Origin: Camelus ferus
Lineage: Eukaryota
NCBI RefSeq assembly: GCF_009834535.1
Contig: NC_045696.1
Location: 30,320,001 to 30,384,000 of the forward strand
Direction: 5' to 3'
Length of the DNA stretch: 64,000 nt
Shown here: one piece after another, positions 1-11,417 of the stretch
Numbering within the stretch: position 1 is the stretch's first letter
How the letters are laid out: every line of letters begins with the position of its first letter
Program-made: the position numbers and the translations under genes
The notes under the pieces: model-generated
The model's database searches: none
Told to the model about the DNA's origin: nothing
The model's input: only the letters and a program-made list of their open reading frames with translations

Positions 1-1607
1 GCTTCAATTGTATGTTTTCCACGAAGTCCAGAGTTGAAGGTTTTGGTGTGAAAAGTTCACTTTTTCTTCAAAATAGTATATAAAGAATCATCTATTTTAA
101 AGAAAGTCTCTCTAGAGCTTTCTGATTACAAGATCAGACTCCCATCAAGGCTCTGTTACAGTCAAATACCTATGAAATAGAGAACAATATTATTTGTCCT
201 TAATATAGATCATGTCCTTCTTTGCTCAAGACTTCCTTTTAGATAGGTGTTAGGAAAACCAATTTTAAAAAATGCCTCAATATTTGCATTTAAAAAGAGG
301 AGAAAATACACTCTGAAGAATTAATAATTGATACATTCTAAGGGTGATATAAGCATGAAGTTTTTCCAATTAAAACTCCCCAGGAGGAACAAGGGGACTT
401 CCATATGTGAACAAATTACCAGCTCTTTTTTTTTGATGCAATGGAATGTATTATAATACACTCATATTATTTTTAGTCCAACTTGCATTTGATTAACCTT
501 TTAATTTTGATTTCCAGTTCATAAGGACTGAAAAGAGATATCCATATGATACAGTGAATGCTGAAGGAAACATAACTTACTTTACCTTGAATGTCTTCCT
601 AAAATATGTTGCTCTTTTGATGATTTAACAACAAAAACAAACTTGGAGCAGAAGGTTAAAAACTACAAATTGTGCCCGCAAAGTGTTAGAGAGATGACAG
701 AGGAAGGATTTACATGTGACCATAACATGGGAAATGAAACTTGCATTTGGTTTATTTTCTGTACTTCCATCATCCACTTCCTGTGTAGGAACATCTGAGA
801 ATGTTCTGTATCAAATTATTAAATCAATAAATCAATGTCAGAACAGGTGAAGTTAAAGGGAGCTCCTGCACAAGCGTCAGTCATGATGTCCTAATCTCTT
901 CCTACGTGGAAAGAGACAGAACCAGTTGTTTTGTTTTTCCGTGGAAAGAATTAAATGAAAGCATTCATTTTGAAAGAGAACTAGAGAAGTGTTGGAAAAG
1001 AAGGTAGAGAGGAGACTGTTGAGTAATAGTAGATCAATCTACAAAAATGGGAATGCGTCCAAAGATCAGTGTTGGCAAATGAAAATGTGATGCTGATTCT
1101 ATGAGACTGACCACTTCCCACGTGGAGTTTGCTGACTGGAAAAATCTGCAGGTATTTCCAGGACTTTTTTTTTTTTTGTGGGGGGTGGGTACGGGAAGTA
1201 TAATGAGGACCTGCTTTCCCATTAGCTTAGAGTAGGTATAAGTTATCACGGTTCACAGAGATACTAGTCTTCCACTAAAGAGACTGCCTGGCAAGATCTC
1301 CTAAGCTTCTCTCATATGTAGTCACATTACAGAGATATCACTGGATGCCCTTTATGATGAGTGAGAGTGAGATAGCTGAGCCTGAGCTCCTGGACATCAC
1401 CCAGTCTTAGTTGAGATTTGATGAAAACACTAGCAGAGAAAGCCAGCTAAAACCCGCAAGACCAGTTGTGGCTCTCCTGTCATTATTATGTGTGCCTGCA
1501 GTCTGTCCCTGTGCCTCTCCCTGTTTCTTTTAGGTGATGGGCCAGGAAGAGGGAGGACAGAAGAACAGAAGAGCTCTTCAAATGTGGAGAAAACTCAGCA
1601 AGGGAGC

Positions 1608-2375
1608 TTTTTTTTTTTAAGTATTCATTCTTTTGTTTTTATTAATGTATAGTCAGTTTACAATATTGCATCAATTGCTAGTGTGCAGCATAATGTTTCA
1701 GTCATACATATACATACATATATTCTTTTCCATATTCTTTTTCATTGTAGTTTACTACAAGATATTGAATATAGTTCCCTGTGCTATACAGGATAAACTT
1801 GTTTATCAATTTTATATATATTAATATCTGCAAATCTTGAACTCCCAATTTATCCCTTCCTATCCTCTTTCTCCCCTGGTAACCATAAGTTTGTTTTCTA
1901 TGTCTGTGAGTGTTTCTGTTTTGTAAATAAGTTCATTGTCTTCTTTTCATTCCCCATATAAGCAATATCATATGGTGTTTTTATTTCTCTTCCTGGCTTA
2001 AACTTAGAATGGTGATCTCCAGGTCCATCCATGTTGCTGCAAATGGCATTCTTTTATTATTTTTTATGGCTGAGTAGTATTCTATTGTATGTATATATAC
2101 CATATCTTCTTTATCTAGTCACCTGTTGATGGACATTTAGGTTGCTTCTGTGTCTTGGCTATTGTAAATAGTGCTACTATGAGCACTGGGGTGCATGCAT
2201 CTTTTCCAATTAGAATTCCCTCTGGATATATGCCCAGGAGTAGGATTGCTGGATCATATGATAAGTCTATTTTCAGTTTTTTAAGGAATCTCCGTACTGT
2301 TTTCCATAATGGCTGCACTAATTATTCCCTTTTCTCCACACCTTCTTCAGCATTTATCATTTGTATCATATTTAT
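1608..2375 (-). mobile_element. 5'-truncated LINE-1 (3' UTR plus ORF2 C-terminus), lineage-specific
   Basis: Poly-T at 1608-1618 followed by the antisense L1 3' UTR. ORF 2115..2318(-) [31 protein letters not shown]...KCPS is the ORF2 C-terminus. Confidence 0.93.
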
Positions 2376-2466
2376 CATTTGTATAGGGACAGGAGTGTTT
2401 CTTAATTCTTGAATTTTATGACATAGCTTGTCCAAAATGTACTGAGATTTAGACTCTGAGAAAGAA

Positions 2467-2695
2467 TCAAGATTTGCAGATACTAACAAATATATATATA
2501 ATAGATGAACAACAAGTTCATACTGTACACCACAGGGAACTGTTTTCAATATCTTATAGTAACTTATGGTGAAAAAGAATGTGAAAATAAATCTATATAT
2601 GTTCATGTATGACTGAATCATTATGCTGTACACCAGAAATTGACACAACATTGTAAACTGACTATACATCGACAAAATACATGTATATATATAAA
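2467..2695 (+). mobile_element. Short L1 3'-UTR-derived element (~225 bp)
   Basis: tcaagatttgcagatact...cattgtaaactgactatac plus an A/TA-rich tail; reverse-complement homologue of 1640-1840. Confidence 0.9.
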
Positions 2696-4199
2696 TTTAT
2701 CTCACTGTCATTGCCAAAAGAAATGAGTACCCTTAAAAGAAAATTTTTGTGTAATAAAAATATTCATATTTACATACATCTGAATTGTATGCGTACATAC
2801 AAGTACAATACAATGTGCACATATAATTTGTATAAAAATAACATATAGTAAGATGAGAAAACATGGATTGCTTCTGCTTTGGGCCCCTTAAGACCCGTTT
2901 CAGTTGCCCTGGCTTTATCCATCTAGTAACTAAATTCTCTGTGACGTAGGCACTTCCATTTCTTCCAATTTGGTAAGTGAGTCTTTAGCTAAGAAGTTAA
3001 GTGTAAGAAATAAGCTAGGATCAGTACATGAATAAGGGGCTGTTGTGGAAGCAGCTGTGTTTTCAGCATATTATAGAATGCTTCTAGTAATATGACGAAG
3101 TCTGGAGAAATATTCATATGTGTGAACAGATAATGAGGCACAGCGTAGGAAGCGTAAGAGAAAATAGTGTCAAGTGTGAAGACGTAGAGGGAAAAAGAGA
3201 GATAATAAATAAGATGTTTCATGATTAGTGATGGACCTCAAAGTGCACAGGATCCACACTCCATAACTTTTATACTGTGAGCAAAACCATGCTTTACTGT
3301 GGATATTCTTTAAAAATAAGAGATGATAATAACTGTAAGCTGTGATGGTCAATAAACAGTGATATTCACCAGGAGACAATAACCATCTACTTCAGAAAAG
3401 TTTTTCAAAACTCATCCTTCTTGTAGACTATTGGAGGGTAAAATATTATAACTCCCTTGAGCAGCAAGCGCAGTATCATGATTTACCTCTGCTAAGAATA
3501 GAAAATCTTTAGCCAGGTCTATTGGCAAAGGTGTTCCACAAATGTCAGCATCATGCTTTGTTTTTTAACTTTATCAATAACATCAATAGTACTCTGCTTG
3601 ATTTCAGCCACTCTGAGGAATCCAAATATACACTACATTCTCCAGGGCTTCAGGCCCTGAAAAGAAGACATCAGCTCTAAATAAGGAAGAAACAGAAAAG
3701 CCAAAAGGGGCTTTAGGAGGGTTATAACCAAAATGAGAAAAAAAAATAATTTGCGTGTTTTGGATGTGTGTTAAATTTCACCAAAATCATATTAATACAA
3801 AAAGCTTTCAAGTCCTGTTTTTTTTTTCCTTTTACTAAATATATGTTTTAATGATTGCTTGTCAGAATATCAAGTATATTCTGATATATCCTACAGACAT
3901 CATTCCTGAGTTACTTTATGTAATCATGTCCACCTCTTTCCATCCTGAATATGGAAAATTGTGCAGGTTTGTAGATGGAGCTAGAATATATTTTCCAAAT
4001 TTTTATTGTGATGTTAATAGATATTTGATAATAAAAGGGATAATAATAGATCCATTTGAGAATCTTGGTTTAAAAAGTTCAATAAAGATTTCTCAGAAAA
4101 TTTACCACCTTAATGAGAATTGTAACAAAGTATTAATAGAAAATAACCAGCTTAGTGGGGTAATGAGGATGATCAAGAAAAGAGATGTTTGAATAGGTG

Positions 4200-4740
4200 G
4201 GAACTGGTCTTTATAGGAACTTAAAAGTCACTAGTGTTGTGGCATAAGTTGGGGCTGGCGAAACAGCCAACTATGTGGAGGCTTTGTAGGGTAAATTACA
4301 TTTTTTTTTTATTCTAAGAGAAATGGAAAGGCTTTAAAAGATTTCAAGTAGAGACCTAAATAATCTGGGTGATAAAAAGATGATTCCAGAAGCACTACAG
4401 GATGGATTCAGGTGTGGAAGAAAGAAAAGGAGGAGGGTACAAGTCAAGAGAAGGTACCAGTAGTTGAGATGAGGTAAAAGATCTTTCAGCCAGAGTGATA
4501 CAGAGACATGAATATATTTAAGGAAATTTCATTAATTGATCTATGTATTTCTTAAAAAAAATATTTGGTACCTACTGTGAAACTGGAGCTATTCTAGTCA
4601 GGAGCTATATCAGCGTACAAGACAGGTAAGAACCCTGCTTTCTTAGAGCTTATATTCTGCTCTCTCCAGAAAGACAAAAACACAAGTAAACAAATTGAGT
4701 AAGTAATATAGTTTAATATGGTAATAATAACTGCAGAAAA
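4200..4740 (-). mobile_element. L2 LINE fragments
   Basis: Antisense L2 3'-end pattern (aaatatttggtacctactgtg...aaccctgctttcttagagcttatattc) at ~4530-4740, with purine-rich L2 body sequence upstream. Confidence 0.6.
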
Positions 4741-5980
4741 TGATTCAGATACAAAACTATTTGGCAAAAAATCAATTAGAATACATAGAACTGAAAATAA
4801 AATTGTTGAAAATAAAACCAAAATGAGCAAGATATTATTGAGAGCAAAATATAAAAAGAAAAAGAAAATTTAAAAAATACATAGAAGAGAATTTGAGAGA
4901 AAATGAGGAAATTATTGGTTCTAAAGGTCAGAAAACTGATCATCTTTGGTTGGATGTTGATTATAAATGACAAAGTGATGTCTTTGAGAATACTGGAAGT
5001 GTTTCATATCATGGGTTTGTACAAAAATAAGTTTGTATCCAGCAACATTCTTGTAATTTGTTCAATTTACTGTATATTATCCACACCTAAAAAAGTAAAA
5101 ACAAAACAAAAATGAAAAAAAAAATGAATGATATGTCTAATTAGAGTTCTACACACAGAGTAGGAAGTGAATAGATGAGAAGCCAAGAGAAAATAACTGG
5201 AAACTTTCCAGTGATGGCTTTGTTTAACATTTTCGGAAAAATAGTGGTCATGAAGAAAAAAAGAGACTCTACAGAATTAACTTTACTGGGCAAGAACGTA
5301 GCTTGAGTTTTGCTTATGTTAGCTAATGATTTTAAGAATCTGTGCAATACTTCTGTTGTTCCATATTGGATGTTCATGTTATACCATGTGAATGATAATC
5401 TATAGCATATGCGCCTCATGCTACATTTAGTATTTTGGATGTTAAACAGTGGATATTATTATAGCCATTGATTTAAAAGATCTGAAAAAGAAGCAACAGA
5501 GGCTTACTAGAAAGGATGTTAGGATCTGGAGTGTAAAGGGATGCTACTTTTTAAGTAATTAGTGCCATTTAGAATAAGCCAAATCATGATTTTTTTTTAT
5601 ATCTTTATAGCACCCTGTGAGAGATGTAAGGTCATCTTCTTTAACTTGTAGATCAAAGATGATAATTGAATAAATGATTATTAAAACAAAAAAGTCTTAA
5701 TAAGCCTTCCAGAATTAGACTTTCAACTCTTCCCCATTATTTCCTTTTATCTATCCTTCATTTTCATGCCTCCATAGTTTTCCTGTGATATCCAGTTGTA
5801 TATTCAATAGTGACTATTGGAAAATTCATATCATCTTTAAACAAAGTGAAGCATATGATACCACACGACACCTGCATATAATGCATACCATTTCGCACAA
5901 TTTGCATCACCAAGATGCCTATAACTGCTCCTTAACAACTTGATTATCTCTTTACTCATGAGTAAAATATTACTGAAGAC

Positions 5981-6220
5981 TGTCACAGGTTAGGTTCTCC
6001 AGGAGATGCAAGATGTATATTAAGAAATAGCACGAGTGAAGGGAAAGATGGGGGATAGAAAAAAGTTAAGGCATGATGCAAGATCTACATAGTTTGGGAT
6101 GACTCTGCTGGGGACACTGAAATGAGTATCATCCATCAGAATCCAACCTTGCATCAGGCAGAAATGGCTGAGATTTTAGCCCTGCCTTACCAAAGACCAG
6201 AGCTCAGAGTTGTGGGAATG
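5981..6220 (-). mobile_element. Partial 3' LTR of the ERVL element
   Basis: Begins TGTCA (ends ...CA on the minus strand). Loosely aligns with 10230-10480 (gttaggttctccagg vs gttggattctctgg; ccatcaga...tgcatca). Confidence 0.65.
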
Positions 6221-9200
6221 GGAAACACAAAGCCTCCAAGTGGGTATTGGGGATATTTATAAGTGAGGCTATTCTTGTTTGCACCTCTTATTACCAGACC
6301 CACATATTCTTCCTTTTGAGGACACAGTGCAACAAAAAGCCTTCCAATTTTATAAATATACTGCATGCTAGAGGATGGCAGAACATCCTCATAGAGCATT
6401 TTCTCTGAGCTGGCACTTCAATTGTGTCTTCACTGGGGCATGACAATGTCTTAATAGAGGAAGCTTCTGGGTAATGGGGTATGGGATACAATAAGTGATC
6501 CTTTACCCCACCTACTAAATGGGTCCTCTGGTCTGACATGATCTTATGTGAGATGCCCAGCTGAAGGAGCAAACACTTCCACAGGCACTCATATTGTAGG
6601 GCACTCTGGGCTCTGCAGTCAGAGGAGCTTTACCTATGGATGGAATATGTGACAATCTCTGTTAAGAATAAACTGCTATCACTTTACGATGGAAGAGTCC
6701 AAGTATAGGCAGCTTAAACCATGTAGTTGGTTGGTCTTTTCAAGATGTTTTGCCATATCAGGGCCTCAGCAATATTCATTATTGCTAGCAGTTTGGCATT
6801 AGCAGTAGATGGTTAAGTTCTGAAAAATATGGGCTCATGGTACCAGACATGGTAGCCATCATCTCGGTAATGGTGGCCACTTCATTCACGTATCCATTAT
6901 AATGGACTGGGTTGCCCAGTGACAGAGCAGCTTATATTAATGGTTTCAATCATTTTGCCTTTTCTATGATGGATGCTTTCTAGTGGGTTTTAGAAGGGTA
7001 ATGCAATGCTCTTCACTTTTTATACCCACTCATGTGTGCCTATATTCATACCTCCACCCCAGCCTTCCTTGTCTCCCAACCCGCAGGAGAATTTTCCTTT
7101 GCTAGTGCCTTTTATCATCACTCATAAGTGGAGTGCAACCTATGTCTATTTCAGTTAGTGCTCACATTTGTAAAATAAGCTTGTTTCTTCTTCCTTCAAC
7201 TGGTCATTTGGGATTCTTCCATGAAACCATAGGCTGATTTTGGAGGACAACTGCTGGTGCAGAAGTGGTAGATGCTATACTGCTCATGACTTTTGGTCCA
7301 GCTTATGCTTCTTGATGCCTTTACCACTTTATCCAGAAATGGATTATTACTGGGTTTTCACAACCACATGACTTGTTAGGTCTGACAGGATCCAGCTCAT
7401 GATGGCAGCTCTAGCTCCATGGTCATTTTGTGCCCCATGGTCAAGTCTTCTATACCTAACAGGGCCCAGAGGTGTGCCGAGAGTTGTTTTTCAAAAAAAG
7501 TATAATTCTCTCATGGAGACTTTACGGCCTTGCTTCAGAAACTCAGGACCTGTGTTAGAATACTTCTAATATCTGTACCACAAACTCTCTATGGAATCTT
7601 TTACCCCTATGGATACCATCAACCTCATAAGATCTGCCAGACTGTATGGTCACAGTGGGAGAAATGCTTGTACCACACCTTGGAGATGTTCCAGAGCCCT
7701 TTCCTGCTTTAGAACCCACCTGAAGCTGGAAGCCTTTTGATTGCCTGGTAAATAGTCAGAGCGTATTCCTAGGTATGAAATTTGCTGTCTTCAGTACCAG
7801 AATTCCACCAACAATTGTGCTTTTCCTTCTTTGTGGTAGATAGTGCAAGGTGTAATAATTTGTCTTTTATGTTGGAGATTATGTCTTGGTGTGCCCACTA
7901 GACCCTTACAAATTTTATAGATATGACAGACCCTTGGGTATTCACAAGATTAATCGCCTGATGTCTGGAGTGCATGTGTTTTCCTGGGACCTCCAGTCTG
8001 CCCAGTTCTTGCTCAGCATACCCAATCAATACAGTGTCATCAATATAAGATCAATTTGATGTTCTGTAAGATATTCAGACAGTCCAGGTCACTTTGTACT
8101 GTGTTATGACAGAGGGCAGGAAATTAACTGCCTTGGGAAGAAAATGAAAATGTGTATTGTCTGCTTCACATGAGTGCTACAGTATCTAATTCTCCTTTCT
8201 TATGATGAAAAAAGAATTCAGTTCAAATCAATGGCTAATATTATGTGTCTGAGGGTTCTTAATAAGCTCTAGCAAAAAACTACCACATATGGCATGTTGA
8301 CTGTAGTCAGGGATACAACTTTGTTGGGCTTGAAATAGTCTATAATCATAATCCAGGATCCATCTGGTTTCTGCAGGGATCACACGGGTAAATTAAATGA
8401 AGAATTGACAGATACCACCATCCCTGAATCCTTTGAATTCTTCAGGGTGGCACTAGTTTTTTCCAAAGCCTTTGGCCAGAATGTGATACTGGTTTTGATT
8501 TACTATCTTGGCTGAATGTATGCAATTTCAAAGGCTTCCACTTGAATATACTCATATATATAATATGAATTATATATAGCTTGTGCCCTGCAGACTAAGA
8601 ACCCAATATAGGGACTGTGCCAATTTTGTATTTGGGGATGAGGAAAATGACCACCAGTTGTCTTTGCAAAATGAAGGTATACACTGCCAGTCAGACTTTG
8701 GTTAGGACTCCTTTTATTATTCCAGCCCTGTATACTCCCACTCTAAAGGTGCCATGACAGTGCTTCCGATCTCTGGATATGAATGTCCTCTCAGATCCAG
8801 TGTCCATCAGTCTTCACAGTGTCTGGGTATTCTTCTTTGCTCAATGTACAGTTTGCGTCGATGGCCATATATCTCTTTGGGGAAATTATTGGAAGAGCCA
8901 TTATCTTGTATACTTACCATATTGTTATGGAATCTTTCCTCCTGGGTACCTAGCCACATCTTTAGCTGATGGATTCCGCAGTAGTCAAATGGCTCAGCTG
9001 TGGAAACCAGATAAGGAAACATAACTTTTTATTGGGTGCACAGCCTCAGCCATCCAGCCATTCATCCTTGATTTTTTTCTGCTCAGTATTACCCTTGTCA
9101 GCTTTCTATTTTGTCTCAAGGAACACTATATTTTATCAAACATCCCCATAACTCTCTGTAGGTCAGACCTGCTGCCACTTTGACCTTGTGATTTGTTGCA

Positions 9201-9314
9201 ATAATTGTGACCCCTTCCCCTAGACTTCTGTAGGTTAAATACCTCCACCTGGCCTCCCTTGTTTCTGGGTTCTATCATCCCCGTGATACCTTTAAGCAAC
9301 GTTCTAGTATCTAC

Positions 9315-9406
9315 TCAGGTGAACAATTCTCTGGGTGTTTTTGGAATTGAGGGGCTCCTGGGATATAGAGCTTTCAGAGCTAAAACTAGAAGAGTTAGCC
9401 ATCCTA
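9315..9406 (+). mobile_element. MER81-like hAT (Blackjack) MITE inserted in ERVL gag
   Basis: caggtgaacaa...tgagggg...ctttcagagctaaaact...gagttagccatccta follows the remembered MER81 consensus, with degenerate TIRs. Confidence 0.7.
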
Positions 9407-10224
9407 CATACCACTAGCCCGAAACTACAAAGGAGAGCCACTCTTAAACCTTTTAATTGGTGCTGGTGTTTCTCTGCCAGACATTTCTCATGCCTTGGGT
9501 AAATGATGTGGCCTCCGGATCTTCCTGGAAGTTATAATTATCCAATGTGTCTCTGACCACACATAATATATAATTTTAGCATGCCTCATTACCCAAAGTT
9601 TTTCATCCCATCCTTCAGTGTTTACCATGGCAATTCCGCCATTTCAGTTCACTCTGAAATTTAGCATCATTTTCCATGCATCCAGGAGGCACCCTAGTAA
9701 TGAATTAACACCATTCCCTGGAGTGTTTGCTATGATGTTAAATATTTTCTCTTAGGAGAGTGCTCTCAAGTCCAAAAACTATTTTCTATCCAATTTTATG
9801 GTTGGTATTCTCTGTCCTTTGCCCTCTCACTAGAGGAGATAAGCTTCCTTGTGTGCAAAGAGAACTCTGGCTTTGATGCCTGGCTTTCAGTTGCCTGTCA
9901 CCCACTCTCAGTTCTTCATTGTCTTTTGTTAGAGCACCAGTGGTGCCTAGCAATAGCCATGCAATCCTTTATCCTTATAGCCACTCTATCTTCAATACAT
10001 CTCTGATGTCTAACATCACGTGGGTTAATGAACTCTATTCCACAAGAATAGCTTCACAATCCATCACTGGTGAAAGTTTTAACAATTGGACTGCCACACT
10101 GTGCCAGTGGCTGCCTGTGCTTCATCTGTCACGGGTTGTGGGTCCTTACTGCCAACCAGGTGGTGAATCACCCAACTCTAAACTTCATTTTATTATCTAC
10201 TTTCTTGGACCACTCCCAATGCAA

Positions 10225-10621
10225 AGAATGCAAGTTGGATTCTCTGGCAGCAGACACTAAGATGGCGTTTAAGGTGTAAGATAGTTACTAGGGATTGACA
10301 TCCATGGAAGGAAGAGTTAAAAAACATTATTGGGCTGAGGAAGCAGGTAAGCTTCAGTTAAGTACCCCACCCCCACCAAATCCTGGATCCATTTGGCTCA
10401 AAACCCATCAGACTGTCCTGCATCAAACGAAGATGTCCTGACCCTTATATCACTCCTCTTAGTCACAAGATGTGGGCTTCCCTGGGCGATGAGATCTCTG
10501 CAGCTGCGGCAGTCCTGGAAGGATCTCACAGCTGGAGACAACGTGCTTACTGCTCTCCTCAACTGTGCAGCAAGTCCTTCTTTGAAAAGAGATCTGGGGG
10601 TGCAGCTCTGTTTCTAATACA
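10225..10621 (-). mobile_element. 5' LTR (LTR16-like)
   Basis: The minus strand starts TGTA...ccagatctcttttcaaagaaggacttgctg...ctccagctg, like LTR16. It is followed by a degenerate tRNA-Leu-type PBS (gggagtggtccaagaaag). Confidence 0.8.
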
Positions 10622-10908
10622 ACCTCATTCTCTAATGCCATGCATTCAGAGAACACACATTTAAATATGTGCTATTAAATAAAGCGCACACTTAAAAAAA
10701 TAATTTTTTGCCCTATTGTACCTCTATTCTGAATAAGAATATTTATAGAAATTTAATGCATCTAGCCATTTTAATAATGATTGCAATTATGCATAAAATT
10801 GACACTCTTATCACAGAAATATTAATGATATACATAAGCTATATGTAAAGAAAGAGTACTGAATGAAAGCTTGGTCCTGTGTGTACTAGATCATAATAAA
10901 AGCATGGG

Positions 10909-11417
10909 TGAATTAGGATAGAGTTCAGCTGTCTGTAGTAAAAACCTGACAAAAAAGGCAAACAGTGGTACAAATGGGTAATTAAGCTTGTCTTTCTCAT
11001 GTTACGAGTAGTTGGAAGGTAGGTATTACAGGGCTGGAATAGCTGCCCAAAGTCCCAGCCTCCTTTTATCTTCCTTCTTCACTATTCTTAGCCTGTGTCT
11101 TTTATCCCCATGGTTATAAGATGGTAGCTACACTCAAGGTGTGAGATTCTGTATCAGACACAAAGGGAAAAGGGCAAATGGTAAAGATGGTTGATGACTC
11201 TTTTCTTTTATCAGAAGGAAAAAAAATAGCCTTCCCAGAAGCTTTACTCCAGAGATTTATGCTTAGATCTTGATGTTTAGAATCATGTCACGTGGCCACC
11301 TCTACCTGCAAGGATGCCTGTAGGTATAGTTTTATACCTGAGCACACTGGTACCCAAAACTATGCGAAGATTCTTTTGTTAAGGAAAAGCAGGATGCAAC
11401 CTGCAGTGTTTGCCACA
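10909..11417 (-). mobile_element. Old MaLR solo LTR (MLT1J/K-like)
   Basis: ttaggatagagttcagctg...aagatggtagct...tcacgtggccacctctacctgcaagg...tgccaca is the typical antisense MLT1 layout. Confidence 0.75.

Larger units (their letters stand above)
5981..10621 (-). mobile_element. Degraded ERVL-class provirus (LTR16/HERV16-like): LTR-gag-pro-pol-partial LTR
   Basis: Minus-strand motifs: protease LMDTGSE (8790-8810); RT FNLPV*SLQKPDGSWIMIIDY (~8335-8400) and YIDD (8036-8047); integrase SDQRTH and IPHYPEA (~6460-6540). Related LTR-like blocks at both ends; many stops and frameshifts. Confidence 0.88.

Noticed and set aside
3851..4192. 113-aa ORF and similar 60-120 aa ORFs (e.g. 25043, 52119)
   Set aside because: AT-biased composition, no recognisable domain or exon structure; consistent with chance ORFs.
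6187..10664. Cluster of short ORFs on both strands
   Set aside because: Fragments or antisense frames of the decayed ERVL; the RT carries stops and frameshifts, so it is not a domesticated gene.
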